64,000 nt of DNA from Octopus sinensis. Taxonomy: Eukaryota. The notes under the pieces are model-generated. The model was not told the DNA's origin, searched no databases, and worked only from the letters and a program-made list of their open reading frames with translations. This document shows positions 1 through 10,815 of the stretch, in pieces; the first letter of the stretch is position 1; the number at the start of each line of letters is the position of its first letter. Location of the stretch: contig NC_043020.1 in the NCBI RefSeq assembly GCF_006345805.1, positions 2,480,001 to 2,544,000 on the forward strand. Reading direction: 5' to 3'. A program made the translations under genes and the position numbers.

Positions 1-28
1 AAAGGATACATAGATATTTATGTACACA

Positions 29-73
<45 letters not shown>

Positions 74-93
74 CACACACACACACACACACA

Positions 94-280
94 CTGGATC
101 GGTAGCCACTATACACATTTCGTTTTTCTCCTTGTTTCCTTCTGTGTCCCTTTCTGTGGAAGAGCATAGGCTCAAAATGTAAAAGACTTTTTCAATTCCT
201 GAGCGTTATACTAATACATCTGTTTGTTTTCTACACCACCTGTCTTCGTCTTTTGTTGTTTTTTTCATGAACTCCCCCTA
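94..280 (+). mobile_element. Dispersed copy of the CTGT(A/G)GA hammerhead-like short element
   Basis: CTTT-CTGTGGA-A-GAGC-ATAG-GCTC-AAAAT-GTA-AAAG...ctacaccacctgtcttcgtcttttg. It is the reverse complement of the 26408 units and is flanked by TA/CA microsatellites. Confidence 0.8.
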
Positions 281-409
281 TATATATACATATACACACA
301 CACACACTCACACACATGTATAATTTATCATGGATACTAAATCTCTTTTACATTTCTCTGAAGACGACTGTTAGAAAAATTTTAGTTAGAGAAACCTGTT
401 ATATTCTGC

Positions 410-577
410 ATTTCATAAGTTTTGAATTAAAATCTTCCACCAAGCCTTAGTCACAATTTATGTTCCAAACACAAGCTTAATGATAACTAAGTTATTTTAC
501 AAAATTCTTTGTTATATTTAAAATGATTGAAAGAAACACAGAGCATCTCAAAATAAATACAGTAACGAAAGGGTTAA
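410..577. mobile_element. piggyBac-type MITE (family 1), partial
   Basis: ...gagcatctcaaaataaatacagtaacgaaagggttaa, near-identical to the right end of 17316-17537. Confidence 0.8.
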
Positions 578-974
578 ACAATAAGCAATTATTTGACATC
601 TAAATTTTGAGGAGTTATTTTTGATTGACGTTAGGTTTGATGGGATATATAATCCAAAAAGGAGGTGGAAATTCAAAAAAGTTTAGGAAACACTGATATG
701 GCTTAGCTGGACAAAACTTCAAAGTCACTATCAACAACATTCTTGTATGATAATAAATTTATACTCTACGAAAGTATAGAGTAACCCATCAGATCAATGT
801 AAAATTGTTTTTATCATAACTCAACATAAAAACAAATGTTAATATAAAATACTCAGGCACTTACTGCGAAGATGTATACAGGAGGTCACTTGAAGACTGT
901 TGTTTCCTTGAGATTGAATGTTTTGCATGGAAGTAATTCTGTAAAAAATATTAAAGAAATATTGAGTGATATAC

Positions 975-1125
975 CATCATCATCATCATCGTTTAACATC
1001 CGCTTTCCATGCTAGCATGGGTTGGACGAATGACTGAGAGCTGGCAAACTAGATGGCTGCACCAGGCTTCAACCTTGATCTGGCAGAGTTTCTACAGCTG
1101 GATGCCTTTCCTAATGCCATATAAA
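975..1125 (-). mobile_element. RTE-family 3'UTR fragment
   Basis: catcatcatcgtttaacatccgctttccatgctagcatgggttggacg...tttctacagctggatgcc, the same family as 3323-3705. Confidence 0.8.
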
Positions 1126-1344
1126 CTGAAATTATTACAAGAAATGCAATGAAAGTGAGCCCTGTCCAACTCACTCCTTCCCCAAGACAAATTCTGGAGA
1201 CAGGCCAGAGAAACGAATCCAAAATATCAAAGCTCGCTGCCTTACCATATTTAATAATTATTTACAGCTTAGATTGGATAGGTCATTATGCAATCCAAGG
1301 TACAGCCCATCCAAAGTACCTTGCAGTGCAGAACGACCTGTTGT

Positions 1345-1625
1345 GCTTACCTTGGATCGTAGGGTGACCTGCTGTGCTTGAGGAGACCTATTGAGTCAAG
1401 TACGTCAACATCAACATCAAAATAGATATCAAATGGAAATTGTAGTTGTGATACCTGTGCCGGTGGCACGTAAAAAGTATCATCGGAAAGGGGCCGCTGC
1501 CTCATCCAGCTGTAGAAACACTGCCAGATCAGACTGGAGCCTGGTGCAGCCTCCTGGCTTCCCAGACCCTGGTTGAACCGTCCAACCCGTGCAAGCACGG
1601 AAAACAGATATTAAACAATGATGAT
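1345..1625 (+). mobile_element. RTE-family 3'UTR fragment
   Basis: gcatccagctgtagaaac...ccgtccaacccgtgcaagcacggaaaac...atgatgat. It matches 34365-34790. Confidence 0.8.
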
Positions 1626-2815
1626 ACAAGTCCAGCAATTCTGAAAAGACGGTTTATCAATGGAGGGTTCCAGTACTTGATTAGTACTTTATTTAATCAA
1701 CCCCAAAAGGATGAATGACCAAATGCACGAGTCTCCCATATTCAAATGGTTCAAAAGTGTTAGCAAAAGGGCACCCAGATGTCAAAACCTGGGTGCAGCC
1801 TTTTCCCCTCAGAGTATAAGAAGTTAAGGGCCGAGACACTTACTTAAGGAAGGTTTCTTTTCCAAAGACTTTTTACAGTTCAGCTTGAAAGTTTCTTACC
1901 CCTACATTACACATTAGATAATGTAGTCCTAGATACACTATGTCTGAATGAAAGAGGAGTTGGTCACAAATGAAATCTCCAAGCAGTTTAAATGCCCCCT
2001 TAGAATGTAAGAAGTTAAGGGCCAAGACACTTGCCAGAGGTGGGGGTTTCTTCTCTCAAGGACTTCTGCTGTTCAACTCCCTTGAGAACTGCTTACTATT
2101 TATTCACATTGAAATGATGAAAGTTGAACTCAGCAGGAATTGAACTCACCACAAAAAGATCTGGAACAAATTCTGCAAAGCATCTTACCCAATGCGCTAA
2201 CATCTCTGCCAGCCAACAAGAATCGAACAAAGAAAAGAGGCAAAGAAATACGATATGACAGGATGGAAAGAAAGTAAGACACACAGGAAAAGACAAAAAA
2301 AAGTAAACATAGAACAAAAATAATTATATAACAAAAGCAAAAATCTAGGCTATATCACACACACACACATACGTACATATACGCTCTCTGTCACTCTCAA
2401 GTACACATACACACACAACATGAATCATACAGACACACACACACATACATACATGCATGCAAAACCTCTTCTGCCATTGTGTATAGCAGCTGATGTAATT
2501 TCCGATCTGTGAATGGTTAATTACACAATAATTAAGTGATATAATTGAATTCTTATTTGTTAAATGATCGATCAAGAAAACTCGGTTTCAGATTGTTTTA
2601 TTTTAGCTTAGTTTATTTCAAGAGGTTACGACGAGAATCTCTTCTCTTCACACATTCCTTTATTTAAAATGCATAAATACACACACACACACACACACAT
2701 ATATATATGTGTGTGTGTACATATATATATATATATATATTCTATATTTAAGAGATGAGGAATTATGTACAATATTTACATTTGACGGATATTTGTCCTC
2801 ATCTTGTTTGTTGTT

Positions 2816-2861
2816 AACACAAAATTTCGGCTGGTGTACCCTCCAGCCTTCATCAGGTGTC
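2816..2861 (-). ncRNA. Decayed hammerhead motif (same family as 28672-28716)
   Basis: Minus: GACAC-CTGATGA-A-GGCTGG-agggtaca-CCAGCC-GAAATTTT-GTGTT. Stems I and II are intact, but GAAACGTT has mutated to GAAATTTT. Confidence 0.6.
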
Positions 2862-2929
2862 TTGGGGAAATTTCAAACCTGGGTTTTCATTCCTACGTTT
2901 ACAATGTAATTATTATTATTATTATTATT

Positions 2930-3090
2930 ATTATTATGCAGGTCACTGCCTGGAATCAAACTTGGAATGTTGAGGTTAGTAGCCCACGCTTTTAACCACT
3001 ATACCATATGCCCATGGGTTAAGAACACGGGCTACTAACCCCAAAATTCCGACTTCAATTCCAGGCAGTGACTCTGAATAATAATAATAT
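2930..3090. mobile_element. Back-to-back (divergent) pair of short tRNA-like SINE heads with outward (AAT)n tails
   Basis: 2940-2998 and 3017-3075 are imperfect reverse complements of each other (gtcactgcctggaat...ggttagtagccc / gggctactaacc...attccaggcagtgac). Each has a CTACTAA anticodon-like loop. Confidence 0.7.
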
Positions 3091-3103
3091 ATATATAAAT
3101 ATA

Positions 3104-3223
3104 TATAATCAAAATAAGCAACAAGGATATCCGAAGGTAATGCAGTATGATCGTTTCATGCAACTCCATGAAACAATCGTACTGCATTACCTCTGGATAT
3201 CCTTGTTGCTTATTTTGATTATA
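3104..3223. repeat. 57-bp-arm inverted repeat with a 6-nt loop
   Basis: 3104-3160 versus 3167-3223 has 4 differences. The right arm continues into a family also present at 37499-37614 (-) and ~32150-32200. Confidence 0.92.
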
Positions 3224-3322
3224 ATCACCCCATTTGATTTATATGGATAATACCATACAAAATTCTGGTGACTTTAACTTAAGTACCATATTCATCTGAA
3301 TCTAAATTTTACTGACCCTATA

Positions 3323-3705
3323 TCATCATCATCATCATCATTTAATGTCCGTTTTCCATGCTAGCATTGGTTGGACGGTTCGACTGGGGTCTGGGAAGCC
3401 AGGAGGCTGCACCAGGCCCAGTCTGATCAGGTAATGTTTCTACAGCTGGATGCCCTTCCTAATGCCAACCACTCAGTGAGTGTAGTGGGTGCTTTTTACA
3501 TGTTACCGAGGCCACTCGAGGTGGCACTGGCAATGGCATCACAACTGCAATTTCTACAACTACATCCCAGGTAGAGGCCACGGGTTATGGTCTCACTTGT
3601 CCTGCCAAGTCTTTTCAAGCACAACATATTTCCAAAGGTCTCAGTCATTAGTCATTGCCTCGGTGAGACCTAATGTTCGAAGGTCATGCTTCACCATCTC
3701 ATCTA
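3323..3705 (-). mobile_element. RTE LINE 3' end (ORF2 terminus + 3'UTR) of the most abundant (GAT)n-tailed family
   Basis: Minus translation DEMVKHDLRTLGLTEAMTND*DLWKYVV, then a 3'UTR ending ...CATGCTAGCATGGAAAACGGAC(A)TTAAA(T)GATGATGAT. Confidence 0.8.
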
Positions 3706-3869
3706 GTGCATAATTATTGCGGGGTTTTTTTCCAACAAATTTTATTCAACAAAAACAATAACAACATTTAACAAACACATCTTTAAATGATTATTCCGAA
3801 GTATATTCACCATCTTCAATTACTGTTTCTCATTTGCTTGGCAGCCGGTCAGAATAATCATTCAAAGAT

Positions 3870-4015
3870 GTTTTTCTTAAATGTGGCTTTGAAGATTTCA
3901 AGTTTGAAATCTCAACTTAGATTTGATGACCAGATCTTAAGCATATCATTACAGGCTGACCAGGCCATACCCTTTCTAGTTAGAAAATCTTCAGCAATGG
4001 CAGGGCAGAAGATAC
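3870..4015 (-). mobile_element. RTE LINE RT-domain remnant
   Basis: RKGMAWSACNDMLKIWSSNLS*DFKLEIFKAT, matching the RTE pattern AWxAxxxxxKIWxS. Confidence 0.6.
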
Positions 4016-4824
4016 TCGTCTGAGATGTCACACTGTAGAATCAAACACTGAACTATGAGGTTGTGAAACGACCTCCTTAACCAAGAAGCCATTGTCTTGC
4101 GTTTGTACGAAGGAAACAGTTTTGCACTCATTAGAAATATTAATCAAAGACAGGAAAATTGAAACACATCAAAGAATTACGATTCTTATTGTTGTTGTTT
4201 CTGTTGTTGGTGTTATTACTACTGTCTTTAATTTTATTATTTTCTTCATCTTGTTTCGTTAAGTCAGTTTTTTTGTTGTCATCTTTTCTTTGTATTTGTT
4301 TTTTTTTTCTTTAACCAGAGGGAATTATGGGACTATTTCGTTACATGATATTTTGAATTAAAAATAAAATAAATATATATTTTTAGAAACGAAAAAAAAC
4401 GTTAACAACAAGAAAAATTGTAATTCTTTTTTAGCTGCTACTTTAAAAGATACGGCAAAAACTTTTAAAAAATATAACGAATTGAATAATAATTTAATGA
4501 AATAATGATTTGGTGTATTACTACATTGCAAGTTTTTAATTTTTTCAATAAATTTTTTTTTAACTTAAAATTCTAATACTGCTGTAGTTTTATCATCATT
4601 CCTGTTGTCGTTGTTGTTGTTATGGGACTTTTACCTAATTATTTTATATTAATTTTACAGTTTTTTTTTCTTGTTATCTCTCAATCATCATTTCAGAGGT
4701 GGTGGGGAGGGCAATACTTTTTTCCCCATACTTGCTCTGTTTTTTTTTATTTTTTATTTTTCTCTATTTAAAGATTGACATTTCAGAAATGTCATTATCT
4801 AGAAAACAAAAATTTTATATATAT

Positions 4825-4859
<35 letters not shown>

Positions 4860-4993
4860 ACACACACACATATATATATATATATACACACATATATATA
4901 TGTACAAAGATATATCGATAGATATAGATATATGTATAAATACTTATATTATAGTTATAAATAGATATACACACTCACACACACACACACCAC

Positions 4994-5026
<33 letters not shown>

Positions 5027-5913
5027 ATATGGCTTCATTGTTGAGAAGTTTACTTTGGAAGCGCATAGCTAGAAGTTCAATCCCAGTCTGTGAATGCTGT
5101 CAGCTGACTTTCTGTACTATGTTACTAGAGCTGTGGACTGGCCAATATCTTGTGGGGGAAATTAGTAGACAGAAAGTGAAAAGCCTACTCTGAGTGTGCA
5201 TGTGTGTGTGTGTGTGTGTGTGTGAGCGAGTGAGTTCATATCTTCCCTCCTCTCTGCATTTGCTCACTGCAATCAACTGCCTCACTGCTCATCACACAGA
5301 CTGCATCTTTTGCATGCAGTCTGCTGCGCATTTGCCATGTCTTGACATGTGCAATTTTTGTGAAGAAAAAGTTCCTTCAAACAGTATCATTTCTTTTCCG
5401 TTCTCTGCCTAACTGCATCGGTGTTGTTCATTGTTCAGAAGACTAAGGCACTTTTTTGTTTCTTTACAAACAAGATAGGGTCAGCAGCAGGAAGAGCATC
5501 CAACCATAAAATCTCTGCTCTGATGTTGCCTCATCCAACCACATGAAACACAAAAATGTGGCTGTTAAAATGGTGATGATGATGATGATACAACACCACC
5601 AGTGCCACCTCCACCACCACCATCTTCGTTTAACGTCCACTTTCCTATGTTGCATGGGTCTGAGGGTATTTTCTGAGGCAGAATTTCTACAGATGGGTAC
5701 CCTTCCTGTCACCAACCCTCACCTCTTTCCTAATACATATGATGCTCCAGCATGGCCACAGTCAAATGACTGAAACAAGTAAATAAATAAAAGAAAATAT
5801 ATTCATATACACAACGGGCTTCTTTCAGTTCTACATTTAAGAGATGAGGAATTATGTACATTATTTACATTATTTACATTCGACGGATATTTGTCCTCAT
5901 CTTGTTCGCTGTT

Positions 5914-5956
5914 AACATGTTTCAGCTGATATACCCTCCAGCCTTCATCAGGTGTC
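5914..5956 (-). ncRNA. Decayed hammerhead motif (same family as 28672-28716)
   Basis: Minus: GACAC-CTGATGA-AGGCTGGAGGGTATATCAGCT-GAAACATGTTAAC. There is a deletion in the stem III/stem I 3' part. Confidence 0.55.
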
Positions 5957-6339
5957 TTAGGGAAATTTCGAACCTGGGTTCTCATTCCTAAGGCATCTGT
6001 CAAATGTAAATAATGTAAATAAGGGCTTCTTTCAGTTTCTACTTTCCAAATCCACTCACAAGGCTTTGGTTGAACTGGGGCTATAGTAGAAGATGCTTAC
6101 ACAAGGTACCATGCAGTAAGACTGAACCTGGAACTACGTGCTTCAGAAGCAAACTTGACCATATGGCTCATGCCTATCTATGAATGTAAAAACCTATGCA
6201 TTCCCAAGTCTGGTTGTCTGGAATTGATTCTAGGCTATGTTGGTGAAAACCAGAAATCCTGACCACTAGACAACAAGGAATACAGACATACATGCATGTA
6301 TGCATACACACATACCTACATACATACATACATACATAC

Positions 6340-6655
6340 TTTTTTTGTTTTCCTTTATTCGCCCATTTCAAGCCTAGCCAGGCTCATGGGCCCGGTTTCT
6401 ATGGCGTATGTGTTCCTCCCAGCTGGATGGGGCACCAGTCCATCGCACTGTTACTCAAGAAACAGGAAGAGAGAGTGAGAGAAAGTTGGGGCGAAAGGGT
6501 ACAACAGGGGTCACCACCACCACCTGCCGGAGCCTCGTGGAGCTTTAGGCATTTTTGCTCAATAAACACACATACATTGCCCGGTCTGGGAATCAAAACC
6601 TTGATCCTCCGACCGCGAGTCCGTTGCCCTAACCACTGGGCCATTGCGCTTCTAC
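6340..6655 (-). mobile_element. tRNA-derived SINE family D
   Basis: Minus: gtagaagcgcaatggcccagtggttagggcaacggactcgcggtcggaggatcaaggttttgattcccagacc, with A and B boxes. It matches 40076 and 40932. Confidence 0.88.
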
Positions 6656-7295
6656 ACATACATACATACATACATACATGCATACGTAGACACACACACA
6701 GAATCTAATCTGTAAAGTGGTTGGCATTCGGAAGAGCATCCAGCTGAAAAAAAACCATGCCAAAATAGACAATTGGAGCTGACTGCAGTCCTCTGGCTCG
6801 TCAAACTGTCAAACCCATGCCAGCAAGGAAAAGAGATGGTAAATGATAACAATGATGATGATGGGGGTCAATTTATTTGACGTAACCTTTCAAGGCAGTG
6901 CCCCAGCATGGTCACAGTGTAATGACTGACACAAGTAAAAGGATAAAGATATTGCTAAAAGGGGTCAATAATGTATGCGGAGAGAAAGCAATTAAAAGAA
7001 TAAACGCCGGTCAATAATAATACAATGTTACACCATGGCTTTATACTCTGACCCTGTACTAAGGCCCTATGCTGTGACCCCATACTAACCAATAATATTA
7101 CCAAACTATAAACCATTACTAACACAACAATAATTCTCCAATGACCCAATACGAAATCAATAAAACGATCATAGCCTTAAGAGAAATCTATCGTAAGAAA
7201 TCAATACATTAACATGCTTCATTAGTTTTTATATTTAAACCTAATTCTTAGCAATCTTTTGCTCATCTCTCTCTCTCTCTCTTTCTATCTCTTTA

Positions 7296-7335
<40 letters not shown>

Positions 7336-7744
7336 CTCTTTGGTCAACTTCATTCCTTTATTTAGACTCTACCGTTTTTCAACTTCATTCATATAACTAT
7401 TTAATCCTTATATCCATTCCTTTATTTTGACAATGTCATTTATTCCCATCTATTTACAGCGGAGACACATGGCTTAGTGGTTAGGGTGTTCAACTCATGA
7501 TCATAAGACTGTGGTTTCAATTCCTGGACTGGACAATGCATTGTGTTCTTGAGCATTGAAGTATACGAAGGAGAATACATTTTAGATTGAAAAAGAACTC
7601 TGCTTTATCTTAATTTTGAAAAATAAAAGAAGTATAAAAAAAAACCCATATTATTTATGGGATGACCCAACAGAAGACACCTGGCCAAGGTTCCACACAG
7701 TGGGACTGAACTCAGAACCAAGTGGTTGGGAAGTAGCATGCATG

Positions 7745-7952
7745 TATATTTATTTCTTTATTGCCCACAAGGGGCTAAACACAGAGGGGACAAACAAGGA
7801 CAGACAAAGAGATAAAGTCAATTAAATCGACCCCAGTACGTAACTGGTACTTATTTAATCGACCCCGAAAGGATGAAAGGCAAAGTCGACCTCGGCGGAA
7901 TTTGAACTCAGAATGTAACGGCAGACGAAATACCGCTGGGCAGTTCGCCCGG
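7745..7952 (-). mobile_element. SINE family A, 5'-truncated
   Basis: gaaaggatgaaaggcaaagtcgacctcggcggaatttgaactcagaa. Confidence 0.85.
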
Positions 7953-8554
7953 CCTGAATACATGCATGTATATTGAAATCAGTCAGACCTTGCCCAAATA
8001 TTCCACCTGCTTTCTGTTTTCAAATTGGCAAGATCCAGCCTCTTCCTACGCATCTACCAAACAATATTCTTCTATAAATAAACAACCACATCACTGAAAC
8101 CTCGTAGTTACAAGATAAATGCATGATTAATTCAAAACAATGCGAATAAATGATAAAACATTACATTTGACATAGGATGGGAGGCAAGAAGCAGAAAACT
8201 GCTGGCGAAAAAAGAAAAAAAATGCCTTCCAAAATTTGTTCCAATGCTTTGCACAAATTGCTGGCCTTGTGCCAAAATTAGAAACATCGATTATTATTGG
8301 TGTTGCTGTTGTTATTGCTCCAGTTGTTGTTGTTGTTGTTACTATTATCAATGTATTTTACAACTTGTTGCAAAGTTGTTTTTGTTTCTTTTTTGTTGTT
8401 GGTTTCGTTGTCGTTCCGTTATTTTAATTTAATGTCAGTTGTCTAATTTATTAATCTTAATTTTAATTAATTTCTCTTAATGAACTCAAGAGGAATAATG
8501 AATAAATATATATATAAACGAAAAATAGCAATAAAAGTAATAATAATAATAATA

Positions 8555-8703
8555 AAAATGATGATGATCAAATAATAATAATAATAATAGTAGTAGTAGT
8601 AGTAATAACAACAACAATAATAATAACAATAATGACAATAATAATAATAATAACAATAATAACAATAATAATAATAACAACAACAATAATAATAATAATG
8701 ATG

Positions 8704-8749
<46 letters not shown>

Positions 8750-8846
8750 CAACAACAATAATAATAATAATGACAATAATAATAATAATAACAATAATAA
8801 TAACAATAATAATAATAATAACAACAACAACAACAATAATAACAAC

Positions 8847-8881
<35 letters not shown>

Positions 8882-8924
8882 CAACAACAATAATAATAAT
8901 AATGACAATAATAATAATAATAAC

Positions 8925-8956
<32 letters not shown>

Positions 8957-8985
8957 CAACAACAATAATAATAATAACGATTACA
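8555..8985. repeat. Compound (AAT/AAC/ATG)n microsatellite
   Basis: Direct reading. It produces the poly-Y, poly-L and poly-I ORFs. Confidence 0.97.
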
Positions 8986-9528
8986 ACAGTTTTGGAAACG
9001 GGAAAAAAAAAGCTGAATTGAAAATATCAACGTTAAAACTTGCAATTTGGGAAGTTTTCAGTTTTACTTGTTTGGTTTTATGATTTTTGTTTTAATTTCT
9101 TGTTTTTTTTTTTTATTTTAATGTTTCCAGCATCAGTTAACTTTATATCTCGTTTAACCATTTCTGATTAAAAGGATTGTCGTGTTTCGTTTCATTTTGT
9201 TGTTCTTTTTTTTATTTTTTTGAATTTCGAGTGTGTGGTTGTGTGGGGGGGGGGGGTGGATGGCCGAGGGGGAGAGGAGTGCGAATATTAATTAGGACTA
9301 ATGTGTGTGTGTGGGCTCATGGCAAATGTGTGTGTATATGTATATATTTAGGTTGTGTGCATTTATGTGTGTGTATACCTAGAAACACATGTATACAGAC
9401 TCTATATATCGACATACATGTATACATACCTAAATACATAAATACATACATAAATGCATATATACATACACATGAATGGACAAATGCATGTATATATACA
9501 TACTACACGCACATACACACACACACAC

Positions 9529-9564
<36 letters not shown>

Positions 9565-9779
9565 ATAGATACATGCATACGTGTGTGTGTATGTGAATAT
9601 ATATATATATATGATGATGATGATGATGATGATGATGTGTGTATGCACACACACACATAATGAACTCTCCCATCGAAGACGATGCATGAGTGTTCAGCTT
9701 TTGCTAAATGACTGGCACAAATGCTTTGTTTACAGAGATTAAATGTTTGTGCCGCACACAAGCTCCCTCTCTCCATCAA

Positions 9780-9958
9780 ATCAACATTGTCTGCACAGGT
9801 GCACAGTGTGCCACACGTCAGGTGTCGAAGTGATCACAGAACAACATGAGATGAAGTGTGTTTTGCCCAATATCACAATACACCACTCGGTCTAGGAACT
9901 GAAACCACAATCTAGTGACCGCGAGTCCAACACCCTAACCAGTAAGCCATGCACCCTC
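9780..9958 (-). mobile_element. tRNA-derived SINE (head related to family D, different body)
   Basis: Minus: gggtgcatggcttactggttagggtgttggactcgcggtcactagattgtggtttcagttcc. A related head lies at ~7463-7555 (+). Confidence 0.7.
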
Positions 9959-9962
9959 ACTA

Positions 9963-10420
9963 TATATATATTCATTCAAACATATAAGGGATGGCCATAA
10001 TAGGACATCCGACTCACTAGAAAGAGCAGTTAAACTCCAAACCACTAATAGTTGTAATTCTGAAATGGAAACAGAAATAAAAACGTTTACCCTCTCCTTT
10101 CTGGACTATGCATAGTTTCGGCAATCTTTAGTAAATAAATTAATTTAATTAATTCATTTACCACTGGCGTTGCCTCTTCAGCAGAAAGCCAAGGACTAGC
10201 ATATATCCACGAGGCGATGATAAACATGCCTCGAGTTTATATGCTATAAATTTTCAAAACCCACCACGCTCGCGCGGTTTACTCAGCAGTAAATATAAAC
10301 TGCTGATTTAATTTCAAAATTAGCCAAAAAATCATTAATTAATAAATTTTAGGGTAGCAAAAAATTCTAGAAAAATTCTCTGCTACCAGCGGTCAAGTAT
10401 ATACATGCGTATATACTGAG
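9963..10420 (-). mobile_element. Penelope pLTR/retrozyme-like non-coding unit carrying the 10097-10188 ribozyme
   Basis: A unique ~450-bp segment between two SINEs that abuts a (TA)n tract. It has no ORF and contains one HHR plus four further hairpins. Confidence 0.55.
10097..10188 (-). ncRNA. Type I hammerhead ribozyme, canonical core
   Basis: Minus strand reads CTTTCTG-CTGAAGA-GGCAA...(long AT hairpin)...TTGCC-GAAAC-TATGCATA-GTC-CAGAAAG. Stem I is 7 bp perfect, the core is CUGANGA/GAAA, stem II is closed by GGCAA/TTGCC, stem III is the palindrome ACTATGCATAGT, and the cleavage triplet is GUC. Confidence 0.9.
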
Positions 10421-10502
10421 TGGAGAATAGAGGAGCTGGGCTAACATGCAGGTGCAGGTGACAAATCAAATATCATATGTGCAGACATGGGAGTGGCTGT
10501 GC

Positions 10503-10815
10503 AGGTGCAGGAGTGGCTGTGTGGTAAGTAACTTGCTTACCAACCACATGGTTCCTGGTTCAGTCCCACTGCATGGCACCTTGGGCAAGTGTCTTCCACT
10601 ATAGCCTCGGGCCGACCAAAGCCTTGTGAGTGGATTTGGTAGACGGAAACTGAAAGAAGCCCGTTGTATATATGTGTATATATATATATGTGTGTGTGTA
10701 TGTGTTTGTGTGTCTGTGTTCGTCCCTACAGCATCGCTTGACAACTGATGTTGGTGTGTTTACGTGAACCATGTGGTTGGTAAGCGAACTTCTTACCACA
10801 AAGCCACGCCTGCAA
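10503..10815 (+). mobile_element. tRNA-derived SINE family B with internal (TA/TG)n, ending in an inverted copy of its head
   Basis: gagtggctgtgtggtaag...ggttcagtcccactgc...gacggaaactgaaagaagcccg. 10766-10815 is the reverse complement of the head. Confidence 0.88.

Noticed and set aside
355-415. CTGAAGA...GAGAAACCTGTTA possible hammerhead
   Set aside because: Stem I does not pair and stem II is poor.
8467-9045. 192-aa, 159-aa and 129-aa ORFs (poly-Y/C, poly-L, poly-I)
   Set aside because: These are translations of an (AAT/AAC)n microsatellite with no coding complexity.
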